From: an uncultured Pirellulaceae bacterium
GTDB taxonomy: Bacteria > Planctomycetota > Planctomycetia > Pirellulales > Pirellulaceae
Assembly (NCBI GenBank): GCA_964555525.1
Contig: CAZKTR010000001.1
Coordinates: 1-34,209, forward strand
Direction: 5' to 3'
DNA length: 34,209 nucleotides
This document shows, one piece after another, positions 1-8,904 of the stretch (positions are counted from its first letter, which is position 1; the number at the start of each line of letters is the position of its first letter). The notes under the pieces were generated by a model, which saw only the letters and a program-made list of their open reading frames with translations, did not search any database and was not told where the DNA came from. A program made the translations under genes and the position numbers.

Positions 1-2
1 TT

Positions 3-3000
3 TGTAACTTTATCAACGCCAGTTTCGCTCCCTTTGGTGAAACTTGTGTTGAACCAGTTTGGCTGCATCCTGGTTGCCACGACGCCGAGCATCACTTGCG
101 GCTTCACGTGGGTGATTTTGAAGGTACAGGAAAGATTGAAGCCAATTTTGATTTTAATGAATCGGTTTTTGATTCGGCGCAGCAATCCCGAGCTGTCACT
201 CATTTTGGCAAATTGTTGAATGCGATGGCTGCCGACATGGATCAGCCGATCGCTGCGGTAGACGTGTTGTGCGATCAAGAGCGTCAACTTCTGGATCGGA
301 TATGCGTGGCCGAACCTGCTACACGAAGTAACTTAAAGCACCGAGATGTCGTGCAGAAATTCGATGACATCGTCGCTAAGGACTCCCATCGTGATGCGGT
401 CGTCATGGGACGAGGCGGTAAGTCGCTGACGTATGGAGAACTGGCGGCGGAAGTTGATAAAGCCGTTCAGGTGATCCATGCACAGGTCGGTAAATCATCT
501 GTCCGGATCGCCGTTTGCCTACCGCGCAGTATTGATGCCGTGGTGGCCATGTTGGCGATATTGAAGTCGGGTTGCACGTTTGTTCCGATGGATCCGTTGT
601 GGCCCGATAGCAGGAAACGATTCTTATTGGACGACGGAAAGATCGCATGGCAATTTGCCGACGGTTTGCAGCTAAATCCGACGGGACAAGAATCAAGCGA
701 CGAACCGTCCAGCGATGACGATACGCCCGCTTATGTTCTTTATACGTCGGGATCGACTGGCCAACCCAAGGGCGTTGAAGTATCTCGTGGCGCTCTGGCC
801 GCCTATGTCGGATGGGCCGCCGATTACTATGGCAACGATAGCGAACAGATATTTCCGCTGTTCACCCCACTGACCTTCGACCTGACATTGACTTCGATCT
901 TTGTTCCTCTTGTTTCGGGCGGGCAAGTCGTTGTCTATCCACGCCGTTCGGATGGTTCTGATCTTGCGCTGTTGGATGTTGTGGAAGAGAATCTTGTTAA
1001 CATCATCAAGTTGACGCCTTCACACTTGAGCCTGTTAAGTAACCGTGATCTGCGGGCATCAAAAGTACGCCAACTGATTCTTGGCGGTGAGGATCTAAAG
1101 GCTGAGTTGGTCAGTCGAATTGCGGCTACCTTTTCGGCCGACTTGATGATTCACAACGAATATGGTCCCACCGAGGCGACGGTCGGCTGCCTCGTGCATT
1201 CGATGAAAGCGTCAGACAAATGCAACTCCGTTTCAGTGCCGATCGGTCGTCCCATCGGAAATATGCGAGCGTTGGTGCTCAACGAACATCGGCAGTCGGT
1301 TCCTGCTGGTGTTGCAGGAGATCTTTATGTCAGCGGTGACCAACTGGCAAATGGCTATTTTGGACGCGAAGAATTAACAGCCAGCAGTTTTACTGATCAT
1401 CCACAAGCCCCTGAGTCAAAGCTGTATCAAACCGGCGACGTAGCACGAGTCAGCCAACGAGGTGATTTTGAATACCTTGGGCGGCGAGACCAGCAGGTGA
1501 AAATTCGTGGTGCGCGAATTGAACTGGGCGCGATCGAAACGGCAATCCAAAGCCACCCGGAAATCTCTAAGGTCGTTGTCACAACTTATGGATCGAGTTC
1601 GACGAACCAAACCATCGATCACTGTAGCAAATGCGGTCTGGCTTCTAACTACCCTGGCGTGTCGTTTGATCAAAATGGAGTTTGCAGCCAGTGTAATGCG
1701 TTTGAATCCTATCGCGAGCAGGCTCAGAGTTGGTTCCAGCCTCTAAAGCAATTGGAAAAAATCCTAGCTACGCGAATGGTCGAAAGCGAGTACGATTGCA
1801 TGGCGTTGCTTAGCGGCGGCAAGGACAGTACGTACATGTTGGGGCGACTTGCCGACATGGGTTTAAGAGTTCTCGCGTTCACCTTGGACAATGGTTACAT
1901 CTCTGAGCAAGCCAAAGCCAACATCCGCCGAGTTGTCACGACGCTGGGGGTTGATCACGTTTTCGGTTCCACACCGGCCATGAACGAGATCTTTGTTGAC
2001 AGCTTGAAACGCCACTCCAATGTGTGCCAAGGCTGCTTTAAAACGATCTACACGTTAGCTATGAACACGGCGAAAGAAAAGAAAATCCCGTTCCTGTTCA
2101 CGGGGCTTTCGCGAGGTCAGTTTTTTGAAACTCGATTGACCGAAGACCTCTTTAGACAACCATGTGTTGATCTTGTTCAAATCGACCAGACGGTGATGGA
2201 AGCTCGCAAAGCGTATCACCAAGTGGACGATGCGGTCTATCGAAACCTTGACGTTCGGGATCTGCAAAGCGAGGAGATTTTTAACGAGGTACAGATTCTG
2301 GATTTTTATCGCTACTGTGATGTCGATCTGGACGACATGTACCAGTACCTTGACGAGCGTTTGCCTTGGGTACGACCAAGCGACACCGGCCGGTCGACGA
2401 ACTGCCTGATCAATGATGTCGGCATCTACGTTCATAAACGACGTGAGGGCTTTCATAATTACGCGTTACCTTACGCGTGGGATGTCCGGATGGGGCACAA
2501 ACACCGGGCTGCTGCGCTTGAAGAGTTGGATGATGATATTGATGTTGAAAATGTGCATCAAATTTTGAACGAAATTGGCTACGATGGCGACCTAGGCGAC
2601 CCGACCGATGGTACTCGGTTGGTGGCATACTACGTTTCCGAAGACGAACTTCCCGTCGAACAGCTAACGCAACACGTTAACGAACGACTGCCAGCATTCA
2701 TGATGCCGAGCCGTTTCATTCGGATCGACGAAGTGCCGCTTTCGGAGAACGGAAAAGTCGACACCAATGCGCTTCCAGATCCACAAAGTTTGGCGGCGGT
2801 ATCTGCCAAGCATTTTGTTGCTCCAAAGAACGAGACCGAACAAAAGTTAGCTCAGGTCTGGGCGAAAGTTTTGGGGGTTGAAAAAGTTGGTGTTCGAGAT
2901 AACTTTTTTGAAATTGGCGGTGATTCGATCCTTGCCATTCAGATCATTGTGCAGTGCCAAAGTGCTGGAGTACAGTTGACGACGAAGCACTTTTTTGAAA

Positions 3001-3188
3001 ACTTGACGGTGGAGCAGCTTGCAGGGGTGATTGACCAACTAGGTGACAAAGAGCCCGAGAGTACAGGGGCTTCAGAGGCGTGCTCGACGACCAATAGTAA
3101 AACTAAATATTCGATGGCCGGCCTGAAGAAGGACACGCTGAAAGATCTTGGATCAGTCCTCTCATCGATGCGTGAAGAGAAAAAATGA
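3..3188 (+). CDS. NRPS, 5'-truncated by window edge: end of C domain - A domain (Asn-type code) interrupted by alpha-ANH/AMDH-like domain - PCP
   Basis: Frame is open from position 3 (CNFINASFAPF...HHLRLHV), so the gene starts upstream. Motifs: A3 YTSGSTGQPKG, A5 NEYGPTE, A7 YQTGD, A8 GRRDQQVKIRGARIELGAIE, then an insertion with CxxC/CxxC and SGGKDS, A9 LPAFMMP, A10 NGKVD, PCP GGDSI. Hand-read code DLTKIGEVGK. Confidence 0.95.
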   Translation, partial: CNFINASFAPFGETCVEPVWLHPGCHDAEHHLRLHVGDFEGTGKIEANFDFNESVFDSAQQSRAVTHFGKLLNAMAADMDQPIAAVDVLCDQERQLLDRICVAEPATRSNLKHRDVVQKFDDIVAKDSHRDAVVMGRGGKSLTYGELAAEVDKAVQVIHAQVGKSSVRIAVCLPRSIDAVVAMLAILKSGCTFVPMDPLWPDSRKRFLLDDGKIAWQFADGLQLNPTGQESSDEPSSDDDTPAYVLYTSGSTGQPKGVEVSRGALAAYVGWAADYYGNDSEQIFPLFTPLTFDLTLTSIFVPLVSGGQVVVYPRRSDGSDLALLDVVEENLVNIIKLTPSHLSLLSNRDLRASKVRQLILGGEDLKAELVSRIAATFSADLMIHNEYGPTEATVGCLVHSMKASDKCNSVSVPIGRPIGNMRALVLNEHRQSVPAGVAGDLYVSGDQLANGYFGREELTASSFTDHPQAPESKLYQTGDVARVSQRGDFEYLGRRDQQVKIRGARIELGAIETAIQSHPEISKVVVTTYGSSSTNQTIDHCSKCGLASNYPGVSFDQNGVCSQCNAFESYREQAQSWFQPLKQLEKILATRMVESEYDCMALLSGGKDSTYMLGRLADMGLRVLAFTLDNGYISEQAKANIRRVVTTLGVDHVFGSTPAMNEIFVDSLKRHSNVCQGCFKTIYTLAMNTAKEKKIPFLFTGLSRGQFFETRLTEDLFRQPCVDLVQIDQTVMEARKAYHQVDDAVYRNLDVRDLQSEEIFNEVQILDFYRYCDVDLDDMYQYLDERLPWVRPSDTGRSTNCLINDVGIYVHKRREGFHNYALPYAWDVRMGHKHRAAALEELDDDIDVENVHQILNEIGYDGDLGDPTDGTRLVAYYVSEDELPVEQLTQHVNERLPAFMMPSRFIRIDEVPLSENGKVDTNALPDPQSLAAVSAKHFVAPKNETEQKLAQVWAKVLGVEKVGVRDNFFEIGGDSILAIQIIVQCQSAGVQLTTKHFFENLTVEQLAGVIDQLGDKEPESTGASEACSTTNSKTKYSMAGLKKDTLKDLGSVLSSMREEKK

Positions 3189-6100
3189 CGGAAGCCTTGG
3201 AAAACGTAACAGATGTCTACGGGCTTTCGCCGATCCAGCAGGGCATGCTCTACCACACCATTTCGGCTAGAGAATCCGGTGTTTATGTTAATCAGGTGGC
3301 TGTCACGCTCAAGGGTGATATCGATCGGGACAAGCTGATCGCAACACTGCAAGCTGTGTGTTCAAGACACCACGCGTTGCGTTCGTTTTGTGTTTGGAAT
3401 GGCATCGAGGAACCGCTTCAAGTGGTATGCGACCAAATCGAGTTTCCGGTGACTCAACTGGATTGGAGAAACGACGATCAGGAGTTGCAACGTCAGAATC
3501 TGCTGTCTCTGGTCGAAACAAATCGTCGCAAGGGTGTCGATCCGACGGAAGCTCCACTGTTGCGGTTTTTCCTGTGCCGCTGCGATGAAAACCAATATGT
3601 GCTTCTGTTTCTCTTTCACCATATCGTGCTCGATGGTTGGTCATCGCAAACACTTTTCGATGAAATTTTGACGGCTTATGATCATCCACTGATCGAATCG
3701 CCTGCCTTTCAGTATGGCAGCTATGTGGAATACCTAAGCCAGCGGGACGTGGATGCCGAGTGCGAATTTTGGCAGGGTGAGTTGTCAGGGTTTTCGAATG
3801 CAAACCAATTGGGGTCGCCGATTTCGCCACCGTCTGCATCTACTGACCATCGACAGGTTAGTTGCTTTTTGACGACGGAACAAACGCAGAAACTTCGCAA
3901 CCTTGCGAAGGAAAACCAAGTGACACTCAGCACCGTGGTTCGAGCATTGTGGAGCCTAACGGTTAGTCGTTATTCAGGTGGTGATACAGATGTCGTTTTT
4001 GGCGTCACCAATGCTGGCCGACCAGCTGATCTTTACGGTATCGAGTCAGGCATCGGTTGCTTTATCAACACAATTCCGTTTCGAATCAAAATTGACCCCG
4101 ATCAAAGCCTCCGTCAATGGCTACATGAAATCCAGCGAAGCTACGCAAGGTCCAGCCCGTGGGAAACCAGTGCCTTGCCAGATATTCAAAAGCACTCGGA
4201 AATCGGTGCGGGCAAAAGCTTGTTTGAGAGCATTCTGGTTTTCGAGAACTATCCGCAACGCGATACCAACACGCATTCAATATCGATTGAGGATGCTGAC
4301 TACTTTGAGCAAAGCAGTTATCCGTTGGCACTTCTGGTCGACCCGAAGAACGAAATGGAGTTTATTTTCCTTCATGACCGGAACCTGTTTTCTGATGCGC
4401 TCATCGAGCGTCTGATGGAGCATCTCATCTGGCTTTCGGACCAAATGACGTCTGAATCGGTTGAGACCTTGAAGGTTCTTTGCAGCGTCCCTGATGACGT
4501 TAAGACGATAACGTCAGCCGACAACTTTGTGTTGCCGGAATTTCAATTCATCGATCAACTGATCAGCCAGCAAGCAGAAGGTTCTCCCGACCATCCCGCC
4601 GTCGTGTTTAATGACCAAACGCTGACGTATCGCGAGTTCGATGTCAAGTCAAATCAAATTGCTAACACGTTGATTGACAGAGGTGTTGGCCCCGATGCCG
4701 TTGTCGCGATCTGTGTTGAAAACAGCATTGAGATGCTTGTAGGAATTTTGGGCGTGCTTAAAGCCGGCGGCAGCTACGTTCCGATTGATCCCAGTTATCC
4801 AGAACAGCATGTGCGACATGTGATTCAGGATGCAAACGTGGCAGTGGTTCTCACGAACCAAGCGTCTTCTGCGGCTCTTCCGACTGGCATGGTAAATCCA
4901 GTTTTCTTCAAACAGGTTTTTGACACCGCAGATGGTCAGATGAAACCAGAATTAATCGGTTTTCGAAGTCCTGAAGATCTCGCTTACTTGATCTATACCT
5001 CCGGTTCTTCCGGGCTCCCCAAGGGTGTTCAGATCACACATGCAAACCTGGCGTATTCGAATTGGGCAAGAAGCCAATACTACAAAAGTAGCCCAGGCGT
5101 CTTTTTGCTTCTTTCTTCGTTTGCGTTTGATAGTTCGGTGGTAGGTATTTTTTGGACTCTCTCGGCTGGCGGAACTCTTGTGCTTCCAAAAGCAGACGAA
5201 AGAACAGATGTTCATGCGTTAGTGACGCTGATTCAGAATCAAGGGGTTTCGCATCTGTTGTGTTTACCGGCTCTCTATCATTCGATATTGGAAGCCGCTA
5301 ACGGAGACGAACTTGATACGTTGGACACCGCCATTGTTGCTGGTGAAAGTTTGTCTGGCCGGGTGGTTGAGGCTCACTTCGCGAGATTGCCCAATGCTGA
5401 ACTGCACAACGAATACGGCCCGACTGAAGCAACTGTTTGGATGACCGCGCACCCGGTGGATCCAAAGGACGCTAAAAACGTTGTGCCCATTGGCAAGCCG
5501 ATCGCTGGAGCAACGGTATCGATTCTCGATGCGCAGCAGCAACCGGTCGGCTGGGGCGCCAAGGGAGAAATCTGCATCGAGGGACCGGGAGTGGCGAAAG
5601 GCTACCTGAACCAGGCAGAGTTGACGTTGCGGAAGTTTATGGAAGCTGATGATGGTTCAGGCAAGCTTAGACGAATGTACCGCACCGGTGACTTGGGATA
5701 TCGCCGAGACGATGGGAGTATCGTTTTTGCTGGGCGGTTGGATCGACAAATAAAAATTCGTGGCCACCGTGTTGAATTGGGGGCGGTAGAGACCGCGATG
5801 GGTCAACTGGATGGAGTCAAGGAAGCCCATGCCATCGAATGGGCTCCGGAAAATCAATCTGCCGCTCAGTCACTTATTGCTTATGCGATTGCCCAGAAGG
5901 TTTCAACTTCGAACTTGTTGCAGCAGTTGCGAAGGCAATTGCCAGCGCCGATGGTGCCAAAACATATTTATTTGGTAGACAGTTTCCCACGTCTGGCAAA
6001 TGGCAAGGTGGATTTAAGTCGGTTGCCTTCACCGGAACTGGGGCAGGCAAACACTGAAACGATTGATCCTGAGAATGAAACTCAGACAAAGTTGCTTGAG

Positions 6101-7144
6101 ATATGGCACAGTGTGCTTGGCATGTCCGATATCTGTTGTGCCAGCGGATCGTTTTTTGAAATTGGCGGGGATTCACTGGCGAGTATTCAGCTAATTTCCA
6201 AAATCAATACCGTCTTTGGCAAGCGTCTCTCGCCAATTGATCTGATGGAAGCTCCTACGATTCGACAGTTGGCGAATTTGTTGTATGATGACTCTCCTGT
6301 CGTGAAGTCGAAGATACTGATTCGTTTCAACAATTTATCCAAAGGTATTCCTTTGGTCTGTGTGCACGCAGGGAATCTGGATGCGCTATACTTTCGATTT
6401 TTGGCCAGTCACTTTTCGGATCGTCCAGTGATTGCATTGCAATCCAGAGGTCTGGATGGAGAGGAGAAAACCTTAAGTTCAATCTCCGACATCGCAGAAG
6501 ACTACTTAAATGAAATTTCGAAAGTGGTGGGGCCTCCATTGCATCCTGACTCATTTTCTTGTGACCTGGTTGGTTATTGCTTGGGAGCTTCTGTCGCATT
6601 GGAAATGGCAAAACGCCTTGAAGATCGTGGTTGCCGAGCACGGTCTTTGTCGATCGTTGACTCGGGGATAAAGTTACCAGTACGCAACGTCTACCGTAAT
6701 ACGGTCGCTCACGTTCGGGCAGAACACAAAAGTATTTCGGCTTGGCTGCCGCGTTATTTGTGGCGATTCGTGACACCGGCTTTGTTCAAGTTCAAGCGTT
6801 CAGTTTGGAAATGGAGAATGAAAAACAGTTCTGATTCCAAAGAGGTTGACGAGTTTTACCGTTGGTCCGTGAGGCAAGACGTCATTGCCGGGCACTATGC
6901 TCACGCGCCCTCTAAAGTTCAGACCCCCACGCTTTTGGTCCGTAGTACAGAAAGTGCCGCCGATCCAAGCAAAAGTTGTCATTATGATTTGAAGCAATAT
7001 GCTGTTGGTGGATTTTCTGTTGTGACCGTTGAGGGGGAACATATGCAGACGCTTTTGGAACCGATGGTAGAGCATGTCGCGAGTGCAATCAGAAAACACA
7101 TAGACAGTGCCAGTAGCAGCGACGCTGATAAACGAGTTCAATAG
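3185..7144 (+). CDS. Terminal NRPS module C-A-PCP-TE
   Basis: HHIVLDG C-domain motif; YTSGSSGLPKG, NEYGPTE, YRTGD, NGKVD; PCP GGDSL; TE GYCLG ... VDS ... GEH. ATGA overlap with the upstream NRPS stop. Confidence 0.95.
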   Translation: MTEALENVTDVYGLSPIQQGMLYHTISARESGVYVNQVAVTLKGDIDRDKLIATLQAVCSRHHALRSFCVWNGIEEPLQVVCDQIEFPVTQLDWRNDDQELQRQNLLSLVETNRRKGVDPTEAPLLRFFLCRCDENQYVLLFLFHHIVLDGWSSQTLFDEILTAYDHPLIESPAFQYGSYVEYLSQRDVDAECEFWQGELSGFSNANQLGSPISPPSASTDHRQVSCFLTTEQTQKLRNLAKENQVTLSTVVRALWSLTVSRYSGGDTDVVFGVTNAGRPADLYGIESGIGCFINTIPFRIKIDPDQSLRQWLHEIQRSYARSSPWETSALPDIQKHSEIGAGKSLFESILVFENYPQRDTNTHSISIEDADYFEQSSYPLALLVDPKNEMEFIFLHDRNLFSDALIERLMEHLIWLSDQMTSESVETLKVLCSVPDDVKTITSADNFVLPEFQFIDQLISQQAEGSPDHPAVVFNDQTLTYREFDVKSNQIANTLIDRGVGPDAVVAICVENSIEMLVGILGVLKAGGSYVPIDPSYPEQHVRHVIQDANVAVVLTNQASSAALPTGMVNPVFFKQVFDTADGQMKPELIGFRSPEDLAYLIYTSGSSGLPKGVQITHANLAYSNWARSQYYKSSPGVFLLLSSFAFDSSVVGIFWTLSAGGTLVLPKADERTDVHALVTLIQNQGVSHLLCLPALYHSILEAANGDELDTLDTAIVAGESLSGRVVEAHFARLPNAELHNEYGPTEATVWMTAHPVDPKDAKNVVPIGKPIAGATVSILDAQQQPVGWGAKGEICIEGPGVAKGYLNQAELTLRKFMEADDGSGKLRRMYRTGDLGYRRDDGSIVFAGRLDRQIKIRGHRVELGAVETAMGQLDGVKEAHAIEWAPENQSAAQSLIAYAIAQKVSTSNLLQQLRRQLPAPMVPKHIYLVDSFPRLANGKVDLSRLPSPELGQANTETIDPENETQTKLLEIWHSVLGMSDICCASGSFFEIGGDSLASIQLISKINTVFGKRLSPIDLMEAPTIRQLANLLYDDSPVVKSKILIRFNNLSKGIPLVCVHAGNLDALYFRFLASHFSDRPVIALQSRGLDGEEKTLSSISDIAEDYLNEISKVVGPPLHPDSFSCDLVGYCLGASVALEMAKRLEDRGCRARSLSIVDSGIKLPVRNVYRNTVAHVRAEHKSISAWLPRYLWRFVTPALFKFKRSVWKWRMKNSSDSKEVDEFYRWSVRQDVIAGHYAHAPSKVQTPTLLVRSTESAADPSKSCHYDLKQYAVGGFSVVTVEGEHMQTLLEPMVEHVASAIRKHIDSASSSDADKRVQ

Positions 7145-7206
7145 TCACCTTCATCGCTGATTTTATTGGTGAAGTCCGATAGTTAACAATCAAAAGGCCG
7201 TCACCA

Positions 7207-8880
7207 GTGGATTCAAACCACAGCATTGACGAAAAACAGCGTGATCAATCAGGGGGCCTCGGGGTTGTCGTCCAGTGGTGGGCTGATCTTTGGCCACTGA
7301 TAATCTTACTCGGGAGTTTCCTAGCGATCTTTAATTTTTTGATGCGTTCAGGAACCTTACCAGAAGAGGCGTACCAGCAGTTTTGGATCGCAACATCACT
7401 TTGTGCTAGTGTGGGAGTGCTTTGGCTGCCGATTCTGGCATTGTCTCTGTTTGTCCTGTATCGCGGGAATTGGAATTACCACTGGTCGGCTGTTTCGGAA
7501 TCTGTTGCCATAAGGATATTTGTAACTGGGATCGCGATGCTGCTTGCGTGGAATTATGTGTTGATGGATTGCAACCACTACTTTGCTCAGTGGCACCTGG
7601 TAGATCGAGTTATGTTGGCTGGGCTTGTTGCGATGATTTGGTACAGCCCGTTGGCTGTTTTTCCGTTTTGCTTGATCTTGGTTGCGTTCCAAGGACAGTT
7701 TCATCACCCAGATAATTTGCTTCCCCACTTTTGGACCGAGAAAAATCTCGCGGTCCGAATGTTGGCGCTGTTCGTCGGTTACCACGCGTTGGTGCTTTGT
7801 TTTGGTCGTCGACGATGGCCGTTTGTCTACTGTCTGTTGCTCCTGCTTGCAGCTCACTATTGGCCTTCAGGATGGTCCAAGGTGAAATTGCGTTGGCTGC
7901 TGCACAACGATCTCTCGCTGGTTTCGTTTTCATCCTACGCAAATGGATGGCAATCGTGGCTGTCTCATGAGGAGATCGTAACAAAGTCGCATCAGTTCAG
8001 GCCCTTCAGCGTGTTGGCTTGTGTTTTCACGCAAGTCGCTGAAACCATTGTGATTTTTCTGGTGTGGAGATCTAGAAAGGATGTGCTGGAGCAATCTACC
8101 TCCACGCAGTACCTTGGGAATATGATTCATCGTTGGCGGCTACCGGTGATATTGATCATGCTGATGGCCTTACACATTGGGATCTGGCAGCACAGCGGAA
8201 TTTGCTTTTTGACTTGGATTGTCGCCGAGTTATTACTGTTGGGGTATGTTTGGGCGTTGATTCGCCGCGACGATTCGTTGTTGAAATTTTCAACGATCCA
8301 GCAAGTCTGCTTCATCGCTTTAGTGATTCTCGGAAATCGATGGTGTGAAAGCACGAGGTTTTCTTGGTTCGAGACTCGAGCCTGCTATGCGTACCGCGTA
8401 GAAGCCCTTGATGAATCGGGAGACTGGAAGTCTGTTCCGGCACAGGTACTGGCCCCCTATGACTTTGCATTTACATGGACCGTTTGCAACTATCTTTACC
8501 CAGAGAAGCAACTGGGCTATCTGAAGTACGGAAATGTGACGAACTACATAAAGGCCAACGAAATCAACGCGTTGACATCAGTCGAAGGTTTTTATGCCCT
8601 TGAGCAAGAGAAAGGTCTGGTCAGCTATGACGCGAAAAAGGCTGAGCAGTTCAAAAAGTTTCTCGCAACTTATTTCGCGAATTTGAATCATTCATCCAAG
8701 GCAATGTGGCTGGACAAGTTCCAACGTCCTTGTGAAATTGTTTCGTCACCGCGGTCTGATGCTTATCTCGGAAACGGCAAGGTCTCTCGGGTGAGGGTCC
8801 AACGCGTTACTGCTTTTTATGACGGCAAAGAGTATTTTGAACCTCGAGTCGAGCAGCTTTTCGAGATTGATATAAAATGA
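7207..8880 (+). CDS. Polytopic membrane protein, distantly HTTM-like, with soluble C-terminal domain
   Basis: 557 aa with about 10 hydrophobic segments. HYWPSGWSKVKLRW and LHIGIWQHSGICFLTW resemble HTTM-family Y..G..K...W and H.GI...GI.F motifs. Follows the NRPS on the same strand. Confidence 0.65.
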   Translation: MDSNHSIDEKQRDQSGGLGVVVQWWADLWPLIILLGSFLAIFNFLMRSGTLPEEAYQQFWIATSLCASVGVLWLPILALSLFVLYRGNWNYHWSAVSESVAIRIFVTGIAMLLAWNYVLMDCNHYFAQWHLVDRVMLAGLVAMIWYSPLAVFPFCLILVAFQGQFHHPDNLLPHFWTEKNLAVRMLALFVGYHALVLCFGRRRWPFVYCLLLLLAAHYWPSGWSKVKLRWLLHNDLSLVSFSSYANGWQSWLSHEEIVTKSHQFRPFSVLACVFTQVAETIVIFLVWRSRKDVLEQSTSTQYLGNMIHRWRLPVILIMLMALHIGIWQHSGICFLTWIVAELLLLGYVWALIRRDDSLLKFSTIQQVCFIALVILGNRWCESTRFSWFETRACYAYRVEALDESGDWKSVPAQVLAPYDFAFTWTVCNYLYPEKQLGYLKYGNVTNYIKANEINALTSVEGFYALEQEKGLVSYDAKKAEQFKKFLATYFANLNHSSKAMWLDKFQRPCEIVSSPRSDAYLGNGKVSRVRVQRVTAFYDGKEYFEPRVEQLFEIDIK

Positions 8881-8904
8881 GTTGATGGATCAATCGTTTC
8901 TGGC

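Noticed and set aside
96-98. TTG at 96 as the true NRPS start
   Set aside because: The frame is open to the window edge and encodes the tail of a C domain, so the gene begins upstream.
3-7144. Albicidin/cystobactamid cluster proper
   Set aside because: No pABA-type modules or pathway-specific genes are visible; the terminal module and accessory genes differ. Upstream sequence is unseen.
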